A stretch of 62,748 bases of DNA, the filler included, from Syncephalis fuscata S228 (lineage: Eukaryota; Fungi; Zoopagomycota), in NCBI GenBank assembly GCA_025786725.1. It is 4 parts of 4 records of this genome, joined end to end, with 100 filler letters (N's around TTAATTAATTAA, not from the genome) between each part and the next. Parts side by side here need not be neighbours in the genome. Positions count along the whole stretch, not along the records: positions 1 to 22,097 come from JAHLTZ010000145.1; positions 22,198 to 45,329 come from JAHLTZ010000138.1; 2 more parts are not named here. One strand, given 5' to 3'. The position numbers and the translations under genes were made by a program. Shown here piece after piece: positions 8,341 to 23,492 of the stretch. Positions within the stretch are counted from its first letter, which is position 1, and every line of letters starts with the position of its first letter. The notes beneath the pieces were generated by a model that made no database searches, was not told the DNA's origin, and saw only the letters and a list, made by a program, of their open reading frames with translations.

Positions 8341-11300
8341 TTACGTTTCATAAGCAAGAATAGGACGAAGCCACTTCTCTACTTCATCTACCGATACCGA
8401 TTTACGCTCGGCATAGTTTTCAATCTAGTTGTAAATGAAATACATTATTAGTTGTCTATACAAACAAGCTTATCGTTTCTACTTACTTGATCCTTTTCAA
8501 TCTTGCCTACTGCAAAGTATCGTGACTCTGAGTTGGCAAAATAAAGGCCGCTAACCGATGCAGCTGGCCACATGGCAAGTGATTCAGTCAGTTGAATATC
8601 CGTTTCTTGTTCGATATTGGCAAGCTTCCACATAACACGTTTCTCTGTGTGGTCTGGCTGACTTGGATAGCCCGGTGCTATATAAGATACCATTATTTGT
8701 TAATTAATCTACCTACTATAATTAAAATGTTATTAAATACCTGGTCGAATGCCCTATTTTTATACAATAAAATACACGTTATTAGCAATAAATTGCATAT
8801 CCATCAATATGTCACTCACCTGATATTTCACCGACAACATGGCTTCAATATCCAAATTTTCATTCTTGTTATAGCCCCAGTATTCCTGTAAATCATTGAT
8901 GGCTGATTAGTATGTTCCATCTACTAACTTAGCAAAATGGCTATCTTATTTACCCGACGCAGTTCAACATGGAGTGCCTCGGCAAATGCTTCGGCCAATC
9001 GATCGGCCAACGCTTTAACCATAATTGAGTTGTAGTCATCAAACTGCTTTTCATAGCTCGCGGCAAGTTCATCGGCTCCAAAACCAGAACTAACGGCAAA
9101 AAGACCAATATAGTCTGCAATACCGCTATCTTTGGGTGCAATAAAGTCGGATATGCACAAATATGGATCTTGAGATTCTTTATCCTATATAGAGATGCAT
9201 TAGCCATTATTTCTATGCTGTATAGCAATGTACTTTTTCCGCTTGTTGTCTAAAATATAGAACAAATAAGTATTTATAAGCAATTAACCCTGTATGCTTA
9301 TCATACCTTAATCCACAGAATTTTGCTGAAACCGTTTGACGTGTCTCATCGGTGTAAACCTGCCATTCAAGTATTTAACAATTTTATACAAAGTGGCAGT
9401 ATTAGATTTATTACCTCGATATCATCACCTACGCTGTTGGCTATACAATATCATTAGATTTAATTATAATATTTAGCAACCCTTACCTGGATATAGACCA
9501 ATAATACCCTTGGCTTTTAATAGCTTTTCATCTATAATACGTCTCAACAGCACTTGTGCCTCGTCGTATAGTTTCTTGGCTTCAGCACCTATTAAATCAC
9601 AATTAGATTGAGCCATGTCTATAATTATTCAACAACCTACCAACATTCTCATCCTTAAATATCTTGGGATAGCCACGATTTGGATAGCGACCTCGTAGTT
9701 GCCACACTTGGAAGAATGGATTCCAGTCGATATATTTAAGCAGTGAATTCAGATCATAATCTTTAAACACCTATAATTGAAATATCAATAGCAATTATAT
9801 GTAATTTGCCATTTATCTACCTTCACACCCAAAAATGATGGCTTAACGGGCGATGATTGTGCTGCCCAGTCGATTTGTAAGCCTTGTTCGCATGCCTTTG
9901 GATATTTTAAATATTTACGATCCTTTAAAGAATCATACTAATCAAAGCAATTACTTGTTACACTCTCCACCATTATTAAAATCAAAAGTGGCTACTTACA
10001 TGATCCTCGCGTACCTCTTCATACTCCTCTCGGATATCCTCAGCAAAGTCTTCCTTTGCTTGTTCATCAAGTAGATTTGAAACAACAACAACACTAGCCA
10101 TTTAACTATTAATAACTGCAATATCGATCGTTTTTACAACGATTACCTTCTAGAAGCATCTAATACATGAATTGCCGGTACAGAGTAACGAGGAGCAATC
10201 TTCACTGCTGTATGTGTTTTACTCGTTGTAGCACCACCAATTAAAAGTGGAATTTTTACACCTCGTCGCTCCATTTCTCGAGCCACGTGGATCATTTCAT
10301 CCAATGAAGGCGTAATTAAACCAGACAAGCCAACAATGTCGGCCTGTTCTGCAATGGCCGTCTCGATAATCTTTTCAGCCGGAGTCATGACACCCAAATC
10401 AATAACCTATAATTAAGGGTTAGTTACGGTATCAATTATATTGATGTATCTATCTATTGAACATACTTTGTAATTATTACAGCCTAGTACAACAGCTACA
10501 ATATTCTTGCCAATATCTGTTTATCATCCATTGTTAATAATACGATTACAAACATACATACACATATATATATATTCAACTATCATACCATGAACATCTC
10601 CCTTGACCGTAGCCAATACTAATAACAATGTTTAATGATATGTTTACATTATCATATTCCACTTACCAATTGTGCCATTGTACATCGATTGACTGGCATC
10701 AGTGTTGGCAGTCAGCTGTTGCTTTAATCGCTCTTCTTCCATAAATGGAATTAGATGAGCAACAGCTCTAATAATTAAATGCTTAGTAATTCTATACTAT
10801 TAATAATTTGATCGTTTAACTTACTGCTTCATAACACGTGCACTTTTAATTACTTGAGGTAGAAACATTTTACCTGCACCAAATAGATCACCAACAATAT
10901 TCATTCCGTCCATCAACGGCCCTTCAATGACATGTAATGGCCTTTCAAACTATCATTGTTGGCATGTATCAGTTTTGTTTATATAATCACTATTGTTTGA
11001 TAATTACCTCTGGCGATACACGGGCTTCTTCCGTATCTTCGATAATATACTTGGTAATACCTTTAACAAGCGCATAGGACAGTCGTTTCCTTACTGGATC
11101 TTTTCGCCATTCTTCTTCGTTCTCCTTCTTCTCACCTACTTTTCCGTGTTGTTCAGCGTATTTAAGTAGTTTCTCTGTTGATTCGGGATCTTTGTTGTGA
11201 ACTGCATTTTCACAAATCTCAAGCAGATCTTTGGGAATATCGTCGTAAATGGTAAGAAATCCTGAATTAACAATGCCCATGTCTAGACCAGCTCGAATTG

Positions 11301-13929
11301 CATGGTACTATCAACGTCTATTAATAGACATGTCTATACTGTTTAATAAACGACTTACCAGAAACACGCTGTGCATTGCCTCTCGTACGACATCCTTACC
11401 ACGGAACGAGAATGAGACATTTGAAACACCACCGCTTACCTAGATCGATTCATTTGTAAACGTGGCTTTAATTCGTATCTATTTATACTTACTTTTGCAC
11501 CAGGGAGCTCTTGTTTAATTCTACGCGTTGCTTCGATGAATTCAACTGCATAGTTATCGTGCTCCTCTAAATAGACCATTAATATATAGACAAAAAGTAT
11601 AGACTAATTACTCACCCATGCCAGTACAGATGGTCAAAATATTTGGATCAAATACAATATCATTCGGATTGAATCCCACGACTTTGGTTAATAAATCATA
11701 CGATCGTTTACAAATCTCAAATTTACGATCCTTTTCTGCTGCTTGGCCTTGTTCATCAAACTAATACAGAACAAGATTTAGAATTGCTAAATAGCATAAT
11801 ACAAATTTACTCACAGCCATAACAATGACTGCAGCACCGTAACGTTTGACAAGACGTGCTTTGTGTAAAAAGTCTTCTTCACCTTCCTTCAAACTAATAC
11901 TATTAACAATGCATCGACCTTGATAACATTTGAGGCCCGCTTCAATAACATCGAAGTTGGACGAATCGATCATTAAAGGAACCTATAATATTGGTTAGCG
12001 ACATCATAGTATCACTAATAGTAATATTGGTGTTTTAATCATTACCTTGGCCACATCCGGTTCAGAAACAATTAAATTAACAAATTTTGCCATGGCCGTC
12101 ATACCGTCCAGCATACCATCATCCAAATTAACATCTTAATTATAACAGTAATATAATTAATATAACATAGATGACAAAATGCCACTAATATACTTACCAA
12201 CAATCTGGGCACCATTCTCCACTTGAAGTCGAGCAATAGCCAGACCTTCGTCGTACTGATTATCTCGAATATGTCGTGCAAACTTACGTGATCCTGAAAC
12301 ATTGCATCTATAGCCATATAGTCAATGTTGCCATCTATCTATGTAGGATTGGTCATATTTACCTTTCGCCTACATTCACAAAGTTGGTACGTTCGTCGAT
12401 TGACAATGGCTCCAGACCCGATAACAACATTTTATTTAATGCTTCATTGGCGGGCGGCACTCGTGGCTTATACGGCAGGCATGCGTCGACAACAGCCTTG
12501 ATATGTTTCGGCGTAGTGCCGCAACAGCCGCCTACAATATTAACAAGGCCACTTTTGGCAAATTCAGCTACCTGTTGTGCCATACTTTCCGGTCTATACT
12601 CATTTAGTGCATGTTTAACCATTAGTATAAAATGTATAGACTGTGCTGCTATTAAATTATTACTTACAATTGGTCATATTCACCAAATGTGTTAGGTAGG
12701 CCGGCATTTGGATAACATACAACATAGGACGAAGTAAAGTTGGCAATATTTTGAATAAACGGTCTCATTTGATCGGCGCCAAGAGCACAGTTAAGACCAA
12801 TGGCTAGTGGACTGGCATGGGAGACACTAATAACAAAAGCTTCTCCTGTTTGGCCAGACAGTGTTCTAATCGTAGATATTGGTTAGTATATACATACATA
12901 TATATATATTAGTATAATCAATCGCTTCTTATTACTAACCGTCCACTTTGATCAACAATAGTACCAGAAATAAAGATAGGAACCCGTTCATAGCCGTCTT
13001 CATCGTCAAAAATCGAATCAATGGCAAAAAGAGCGGCTTTTGCATTAAGTGTATCAAAAATTGTTTCTACAAGCAAAATATCCGCTCCACCATCAAGTAA
13101 TCCACGTGTTTGTTCTTTGTACGCATCAACCAATTCGTCAAATGTAACATTACGATATGCAGGATTTTCGACCGATGGTGAAATAGAAGCCGTACTATAA
13201 TGACTCATTAGCAGTCTATTCGGTCAGTTCAGCTTAGTACGCACCGATTGGTTGGACCTATAGATGGTGTTGATAGGCAGACCATCGTTGTTATGCAACG
13301 GCCAACAATGTATTGCTGTACTTTAACTTACCTATAGCACCGCATACATAACGCGGTTTATCCGGCTGTTCCTTAGTGACCTCCTCACAGGCTTGTCGGG
13401 CCAATTCAGCAGCTACTTTGTTAAGTTCGTAGGCCAAAGGTTCTAGGCCATAATCAGCTTGGGCAATACATGTCGATGAAAAAGTGTTTGTTTCGACAAA
13501 ATCTGCGCCAGCCAATAGGTATTCCTTATGGATATTAACAATGGCATCTGGTTTAGTAAGTACAAGTAAATCGTTATTGCCCTTTAAATCCTTGGGATGA
13601 TCAGTAAAACGTGTGCCTATAATAATAATAATAGTGTAAATTTAATAATGTTAAGTAAATCGACTATATTGAAATCAAAAATTATTCACCTCTAAAGTCG
13701 TCCTCGTTTAAGTTTAGCGTCTGTATCTGCGTGCCCATAGCACCTTTTATCATATTGTGTTATTTTATCATATACTGTTTTTTATGACGGCGGCCAACTT
13801 ACCATCTAGAAACAGTATACGCTCTTTCAACGCCGACGCGATATAGTCTAGATAGTAGCTGGAATTAACATGTAATTCCGCTTAACCATAGCAGTAGCTA
13901 CCTTTCAAAGGAGGTCTTACACTTGACAT
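8341..13929 (-). CDS. metH: Cobalamin-dependent methionine synthase, about 30 introns
   Basis: Exon translations include [65 protein letters not shown] (B12 binding), [20 protein letters not shown] and [16 protein letters not shown] at 13929, TAA at 8341. Confidence 0.96.
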
Positions 13930-15942
13930 ATTGTTTTAATCGTACGTACTAATACTTGTTGTTGGTTACGGGAAATACACACGACTACAAGTTGATATTG
14001 GGGAAACTATGAAAAAGCCAATGAAAAAATGCTCTATCTCTATGATTAATCACGACATTTTAATCTCGATGCTCATTGGCTCGTATGAAATGATCTCAAA
14101 AGACGAGGATTTTAAACACCGAATTTCGTAACTTGTTAATTAATTAACTATCCATGCTACAATTACGTAAATTATCATTATTGTAAAAGTAAAAGTTTAT
14201 TTAATAAAGTTTTGGTATTTAATTGGCATTATAAGTGATTTATTAAACCAATTTATTATTAACTATTATAATTGTTGTAATTATTCTATTAATATATACT
14301 AAAATAGAGTGATCTGTTGACGGTATATTAGACATTAATTAACAACGACTATTATATTGTTATAAATAAAAACTGCCAATCGTTTCATTGCCAACTTAAT
14401 TATTCATAATAGTAATTATTCTGGGTATTCATAGCCGTACTAAATGATTTCTAACCAAATTAGTATACTAATATTAGTGAATTGAGTTTTGTTGATAATC
14501 ACTACCAAATATGCAGTAAATTAATCACTCTTTGATCATAGCAACAACAATAGTGTAATGGTAGTCCATCAATGGATATCAACGATAAAACATCATTAGG
14601 AAAATGAGACTTGACAACGGTAATTCCTCACAACCATTGTTACACTACTCCTTTTAAACTTTGTCTATTATCGATTGGCTATTTATGTTTCATTGATGGC
14701 CCCTTTTCTATTTCACTCCACACATACATACAGAATGCACCATATATACATATTTATAGGCATCGATGCCTAGAATGTACCATATATATGTATGTATCAC
14801 CAAAGAGAGATATACATATATAACTATCAACCAATCTCCTGCTTGTCGTCAGTACATAAATAAAACGTCTCCTGCATTTCGATAGTGCAAATACCACAAG
14901 GGACCATAGTGTCATTCTCCGTCCATACACATCATCTATTCATACACATTTACATACAATTCACCGCTTTGCCGTCATTCAATCTTTGTCTCTAGTTCAA
15001 TTCTTTTTTATTTTGTATCGTCTTAAACGGTAAGTTATACGTCGATTACTCCTAAACCATTGCCCTCCAATGATTGTCCCATTGAAGATGCGTGGGTGAG
15101 TGAGTACATGTCTATGTATCATATGCATCCGTTCTTGTTCGCTAGTTTACTTACCCTATTTAGTCCCTTGGCTACAGATGATATCTTACTCATTTAGTGG
15201 TCACTCACTCGCTTAATGGCCGATACACTCTTACACATTATAGCCGCCCTTTCTACTGCTACTGCTGCTCCTCCTACCATTACCGCTACTAAGACTGCTG
15301 TCCTTCCCCCTTTGGTTAGATGCATTCACAGCTATATCAAAATTGATTACTTTCTTATCCCATTCAAAAAAATACTTTATTGCTCATCATAGCATTACAT
15401 CAGTTTTCTTTTGTTGTTCATTCATTCTGTCGTTTCTTCGTCTTTTTATCCGTTTGCTTGGCAGTTGCTTAGATGTTTGTTGCCTGGGCTTTGGCATTAT
15501 CGCTATTTTACTGACCATTATCGTTATTATCATTGACAGCATCGCGCTGGACACTGACTCGTCAGTTACACAGTCACACTTTTGGGCCATTAACGACGCG
15601 TGTGCTACACTACTCGTCATTCTTATTTCTGCCATTACGATCTGTCACTTTGTTCTCTTTAGAACTTTGCCAGGTGTGCTTCTTGCTACAACACTTGCCT
15701 TTTTGTCGCATAGTCACGATACTAGTTTCTCTTTTTATTAAATACACGAAATTAACTGATTTTTTGACGATTATCATTCATAGCTATTTCTTCTACTGTG
15801 TCCATCCATCGTTTTTGTATTCTGCTAGAATTTAAGGTAAGCATTTGATACTTTAACACTTAACACTTTACTTATTCAATTAACTATTATCCATTGCAAT
15901 TACAACTAAAGTATATAGTACTTAATTCTACCCAACCCCATT

Positions 15943-18266
15943 ATGCCTAGCTCTCGACAAACATTTGCAGTCCCCGGAAGCTTTTTATTCCTTCCACAGG
16001 ATAAGCGTCGCGCGTACAATTCTCATCATGAGCAAGATACCAAGAGACAATTGTTAACAACAACCGCCTTGTTGGCAAAAGGGGCTAGCAATGTTGACGA
16101 TACCCCGAAGCATCATCACATATCGAATGTTCCCCTTGAGCAAAACTATAAACTATTGACCGAGATTGGCAAAGGAGCGTTTGGAAAAGTATACCGCGGT
16201 ATTCATCTTGCTACAAAAGATGAAGTGGCAATCAAGGTTATTGAACATAAAAATCTAAAAACCGCTCGACAACGTCGTAATGTTGAACGGGAAGTACGCA
16301 TTATGAGCTTGCTACACCATCCAAACATTATACCAGTGCGTGAGGTAATTATCGTACCCGGCCGCTACACTGTAGTCATGAACCAAGCACGCGGTGGTGA
16401 ATTATTCGAGCATATTAGCAAGTCTCGCCGCTTAAGCGAGTCCTCTTCACGCCGATACTTTCGACAGATTGTATCTGCGTTACATTATTGCCATGAGGTA
16501 AGTTATTTATGCAAAGAAGAAAAATACAATTTCTTCTAGTAGCACACATGTACTAATACGTGTGATGTACAGCATTCTATTATTCACCGAGATTTAAAAC
16601 CGGAAAATATATTGCTTGATGAGACACGCAAACGTGCTTTTATCATTGATTTTGGTTTTAGCAACACTTATCGTGCAGACGGTGTCATCAACACGTTCTG
16701 CGGTTCTCCATCCTATGCATCGCCCGAAATGCTTCGCGGGGTACCATATATTGGACCTGAAGTAGATATCTGGAGTTTGGGTGTCATTCTCTATGTGATG
16801 CTGACTGGTAATCTGCCTTTTTCTGCAAAAGAAGGTAAACAACTCTGTGCTCAAGTCTCGCTCGGTCAATTCCGCATTCCCGACTATGTCTCGGCGAGTA
16901 AGTTGGCAAGCCGTTACTACCTGCATAGCCATTCAAGCATGCTAACATGTGATATTTAGGTGCAGCGGATTTATTGAGAAGAATGCTTAATGTGGATTCA
17001 TACAAACGCGCTACCATGCAAGAAATCATTAATCATACTTGGACAATGGAAGGCTACTCACATCCCGTAACGCGTATCCATAAAAACCGACCGTGCCTCG
17101 TGACAGATCCTAATGAGGAAAGTATTCAGCAACTTGTATCCTATGGATATAAACGCGAAGATATAATCAAGTATCTACGTGATACACGAATAGTCAGTCA
17201 TCCAATTATAAGTTTATATCATCTTTGTGAAGATGGCCGATTACGCAGAGAGATTGCTGCTCGTCGTACCGAGCTTGAAAAGAAAAAGCTTATTTACCAT
17301 GGCCGCCGTTCCTACTCGTTGGTTGGACAGTCGAATTTCTTCAATACCAGCATCGAAGGAACAGTGCCAATAGAGCAATATGACCCCACATGCCACATGC
17401 CATCACCACTGGCCATCGAGGACTATTTGGCACGTGCAACTGATAAGTCAATTAGTGGTCAATTAGCGGTCAAACGGCAATCGACAGCACCGGCCAAAAT
17501 GCCCCATACTGTAGCTGATACGATAGCCGATATGACTGTTTGCGGGTTATGTCACAATGTTGATGGTGATTGTGACTGTTTTGTCGTCGAATCAACATCA
17601 GACTCGACTCATCCACGGATATCCGAAGAAGATCGTGAACGATTCTACACACCTGAATTACCACCGGCCGATGATAGTGGATGTGCCAGCAGTGCCGGTC
17701 GAGCATCAAATCATAGCGCTCTTTTGGCTCTTGAAAGCATTAAAGACGGCCATTCACTGCCGAATAAAAGTGTTTCACTGATACATGATTACTGTAGAGC
17801 TTCGTCAGGCATGGCATCACCTACCGATGCTACCTTTGGCTCTGAGATTGAATCAGCTCAATATTTGCCACAAAAAGAGTACAGGGCCCGCTTTAGAAAT
17901 ATACTCAATAGAAAGACGGCGGTGACCACGACAACGACGCCGCGGCTTGGCTCATCAGCATCTTCAATCGTTAATGCAAATAGATTGCCTGCCACTGTTC
18001 AAACAAATCCACCATTATACGATTCTCATAAATTTACATGGAAGAAGAATGCCCAACACTCCAATGGTACAAATGTACGGCAATTCATGGGCCAATGCCA
18101 GTTATTAGTCGTTTATCGTAAATTATATCGCAAAATGGCTCGTTGCGTTCGACGTAAACGTAGTTGTAACAGCGCAACTCCTGATTCTTACGTATCAGCT
18201 CCTCCTATTGCACCAATCACATTTCCACATACACACATCACAGCTGCCAAGCGAAAGGCTGTATAA
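15943..18266 (+). CDS. CAMK-group Ser/Thr kinase (KIN1/MARK/SNF1-like) with UBA-like region and disordered tail
   Basis: GKGAFG, VAIK, HRDLKPEN, DFG and TFCGSPSYASPE; introns 16498-16572 and 16898-16959. Confidence 0.92.
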
Positions 18267-18853
18267 GCGCTTTTTGTCATCATGTATGTTTTAAAAAACA
18301 TATATTCTATTTCGATACTGTATCATTTATATATATTTGCAATGAATAAATCGTGAACCATTTTTTGAAAATCTATTAAAATTAATTTGACTAAATGTTG
18401 TCGAAAATACTGTCTTTGGAATAATAGTAAATTAAAAGAATAATTTGTTTTGTCTATTCGTATGATAAATAAAGTAAATTAAAGTGTACATAAATGCGCT
18501 ACCCTGACATTCAATCTCTATTGGCTTGGTGGATGAATGGTGGGAGTATTGTCAGGCAAAATATTCAAACTCCGGAATTGAACATTTTTGTAATAATTTC
18601 TAATCTTTAATCTTTCTATGGACCATCATTGCATCTATACTAATATAGCAGTCCTAACGACGTTGCAGATACTCAACTTTGATTGGATAGAAATGGCGTA
18701 TGCTTGGGATGAATTTTGTAATTTCTCTTTCCTCTTCAAGTTCTTCATTCTTACACTAGTTAGCATTGCTTTCTTTTTTATTCCAATTGCATTCCTCATT
18801 TGTTTTTTGAATTTAGTTTTTCATACCAGTAACACTTGTAACGACCTTTGAAA

Positions 18854-20535
<1,682 letters not shown>

Positions 20536-20885
20536 TTTTACAGGCATAATGGGCAGGCCTAGTAACACAAATCATGCTACCCTTGTCCACTAGAATCATA
20601 GGATACCCAATCGCCTGGCGTAAATGAATTCTAATGTAGTACAATTTAGTAGAGCATGTTTGTTCACACAATACTATTCTCGCTTCTGTTTCATCATTTT
20701 GTTTCCAATTGATTATTATTGAACATCTGTGTTGCCCATACTATCTTCATTCATACACGCACATATACATATACATATATATAGTGCTACGTTTATCCAT
20801 TTCAAATAAATTATCATAACATCAAATCGCACTCATTACTCGCTATTTATCTATATTGCAACGACTCTATTTAACTGCCTCCATT

Positions 20886-21974
20886 ATGTCTACCGCTAGC
20901 CGATACACTACCTGGCGTCAACGCTACCTTCGCGACGAACCAAGTCTCGGCTCAGGACAGCCGTGCCGATATGTCGCCTACAACACAGATGGCTCCAACG
21001 GTGATGCCATCACTACTAGTGAATCTTCTGGCTATGGTTTGCTAATTTCCGTTCTAAATAATGCTCGCGAAGACTTTGATGCTATTCTGCGTTTTACCGA
21101 CCACTTCATGAATAGCCGTGACCTACTCGGCTGGCAGCAGAGACGTGAACAAGGTTCAGGCCGCATACTTCCCGGTAACAACGGCGGTGAAAACTCGGCT
21201 ACCGATGGCGATCTTGACTGTGTAGCTGCACTATGGATGGCCCACAAACGATGGGGCAACAACCAGTACGCCGACCGTGCACGCAGGTGGGGCAATGCCA
21301 TCCTAAACCACTGTATTAATTCAGATACTGGTGCTATTGTTCTTGGCGACTGGGCCAACTTCAATAAATGGGATGATAAGCGATGGCTTACCCGTCCATC
21401 TGACTATGTTCTCGGTCATTTAACCATGTTTTCACGCAAGCATACCGATCGAAGCGATGCCTGGAACCGTGTCATTAACGCTACCCGTTCCATCATGAAT
21501 AGCCAGTACAAGCTTAATCCAAATACTGGTTTGGTTGCTGATTTCTTGAAATGGGATTCAGGTCGTAACATGTACATGCCAGCGAATGGCTTTGTTCAGG
21601 AATCATCGCACGATGGCGACTTTAACTGGAACGCATGCCGAGTTCCATGGCGTCTAGCCCAGTACTACTTCTATACTAGGGACTCTTCTGTCTTGCCACA
21701 CTTGCAAGCACTTGTCAGATTCTTTGAAGCTAGGTGCAGCAACGGCTACGTACTTGCCGGCTACCAGCTAAACGGTCAAGGATATGTCAACTATACAAAC
21801 TTGGCATTCCTTGCTCCAGCTGCTTACTGCCTCAAAATCATGAACAGCCCGTTGGCCAACACTGTCTTTGGTCAAATGGACCAAGCTTATCCTAGCGCTA
21901 CTTACTACGGTGAAACTATTTCTCTCATTACTCTATTGCAAGCCGAACGAAGCTCGCTTGACTTGATGAACTAA
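20886..21974 (+). CDS. Glycoside hydrolase family 8, chitosanase/lichenase-like, intronless
   Basis: TTSESSGYG (catalytic acid), NSATDGDLD signature, TRPSD, PNTGLVADF and FNWNACRVPWR. Confidence 0.9.
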   Translation: MSTASRYTTWRQRYLRDEPSLGSGQPCRYVAYNTDGSNGDAITTSESSGYGLLISVLNNAREDFDAILRFTDHFMNSRDLLGWQQRREQGSGRILPGNNGGENSATDGDLDCVAALWMAHKRWGNNQYADRARRWGNAILNHCINSDTGAIVLGDWANFNKWDDKRWLTRPSDYVLGHLTMFSRKHTDRSDAWNRVINATRSIMNSQYKLNPNTGLVADFLKWDSGRNMYMPANGFVQESSHDGDFNWNACRVPWRLAQYYFYTRDSSVLPHLQALVRFFEARCSNGYVLAGYQLNGQGYVNYTNLAFLAPAAYCLKIMNSPLANTVFGQMDQAYPSATYYGETISLITLLQAERSSLDLMN

Positions 21975-22097
21975 TTAGCTATTGCTTAGCAGCAGTTTGC
22001 TAACACTTAATAAAATAATATTTTATTATTTTAAATATATCTCAATATTTTATAATTTACAACTGTTTTATTAATTAAATAATGATGATTAATAACC

Positions 22098-22197
22098 NNN
22101 NNNNNNNNNNNNNNNNNNNNNNNNNNNNNNNNNNNNNNNNNTTAATTAATTAANNNNNNNNNNNNNNNNNNNNNNNNNNNNNNNNNNNNNNNNNNNN
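22098..22197. other. Assembly joiner or gap
   Basis: 100-nt N block containing TTAATTAATTAA. Confidence 0.99.
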
Positions 22198-22895
22198 TTG
22201 GTCGTAGCATCATCTTCTTGATTGTTGATATCGGCAGTATTGAGGCTGTTGGCTAATGCTTCATTGATATCGTCGATTGATTGCTCTACATCAATAGTTG
22301 GTGCAATATTGATGTCAACGTTGCTTTCTACACTAGTGAATGGGTTGTAATCAACAACAGTCTCTTTTTCGTCCACATTTTCGCTTGGTTGTTTGCCTTT
22401 GCTATCGGTAGCAATGTCAACTGAGTCTTTCCTGGCAGCTTCATCATCTGGCTCTGCTAAAACCCAAACTGCATCAGCGGTAGGGTCGACAGTGGCAGAT
22501 GCTTCATTTGCTTGTTCTGAACTTGGCACCAATGCGGGTACTTTGCCGTCTTCAGCACTCGATAGTAGCGATGGCTCAAATGAGGCTACAGAAGCAGCAC
22601 TGGAGTGATCTAGGCTGCTATTGTTTTCAACTAGCCAGAATCTGACAGCTTTTTTATTGCCAGTTGTCACAGCTTGTTGAAGGGCCTCGTTTAATTCAAT
22701 GTCCGTATTGAATATAACTTGGTCGCCATCGTCGTCCACGTAAGAAAGCTGAATATCCTCAACGGCAGCAATCTTGGGAAACAGTGACTTGACATTGGTG
22801 GCAAGTTCATTCCAAGTCACAGTGCCTGGGACGGTGAAGCGACGGGCAATTGGCCCTTGCAAAATCTTGACGGTAATAGCAGTGGACATTTTCAT
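22198..22895 (-). CDS. PB1-domain protein (NBR1/p62-like N-terminus), 3' end lost in gap
   Basis: ITVK...RRFTV...IQLSYVDDDGDQVIFNTDIELNEAL (OPCA motif), then an acidic disordered region. Confidence 0.8.
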
Positions 22896-23492
22896 GTTAT
22901 CAAAAAAAGAGTAGCTGAAATTGGGAATAATGTTGCTTATTGAATTGAGATGCTGAATTGAATATTATCGCCTACACATTACAGCTATTTATACACCAAT
23001 TGAATATATTGTGATTCATATTGCTACAGCATTTTAGAAGTTAATGGAATATTGTTGCTTTACTCCACAATCACTTTACTAAGCATTTCCTAATTAGGAA
23101 GTGACAATAATTAATAAGCAAATCGGATTTTTCCACCATATTCTAGACTTTGCTAGAACTTTTCAACCAAACCACCTTGTTTTTCGAAACTATATTATAA
23201 TTTTAGACAAGAGTACATTAAATGATATTCTATTAAACATATATTTATTCAACTATTGAATTCATTAATAAATTATCAATTTAAAGATTACAGCAAAATA
23301 AATAACTAAATTAAAAGACACAGTATAATAATTGAAAAACACAGCATTATAATTAAACACTTATGAATACACGCTTTTTTAAACTTAATGAACTATTTAT
23401 TGGCATTTTATTTAATAGACTTGATCATCTATTAAAAAAATGCTATTTGTTAATGTTTATTGAGGAGATAATTGGTAATTGCAGCATGTGTG

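Noticed and set aside
14611-15835. Short hydrophobic ORFs upstream of the kinase
   Set aside because: They have non-ATG starts and pyrimidine-rich composition; probably 5' UTR or intron sequence.
22142-22153. TTAATTAATTAA motif seen three times
   Set aside because: It is an artificial all-frame stop linker inside the N gaps.
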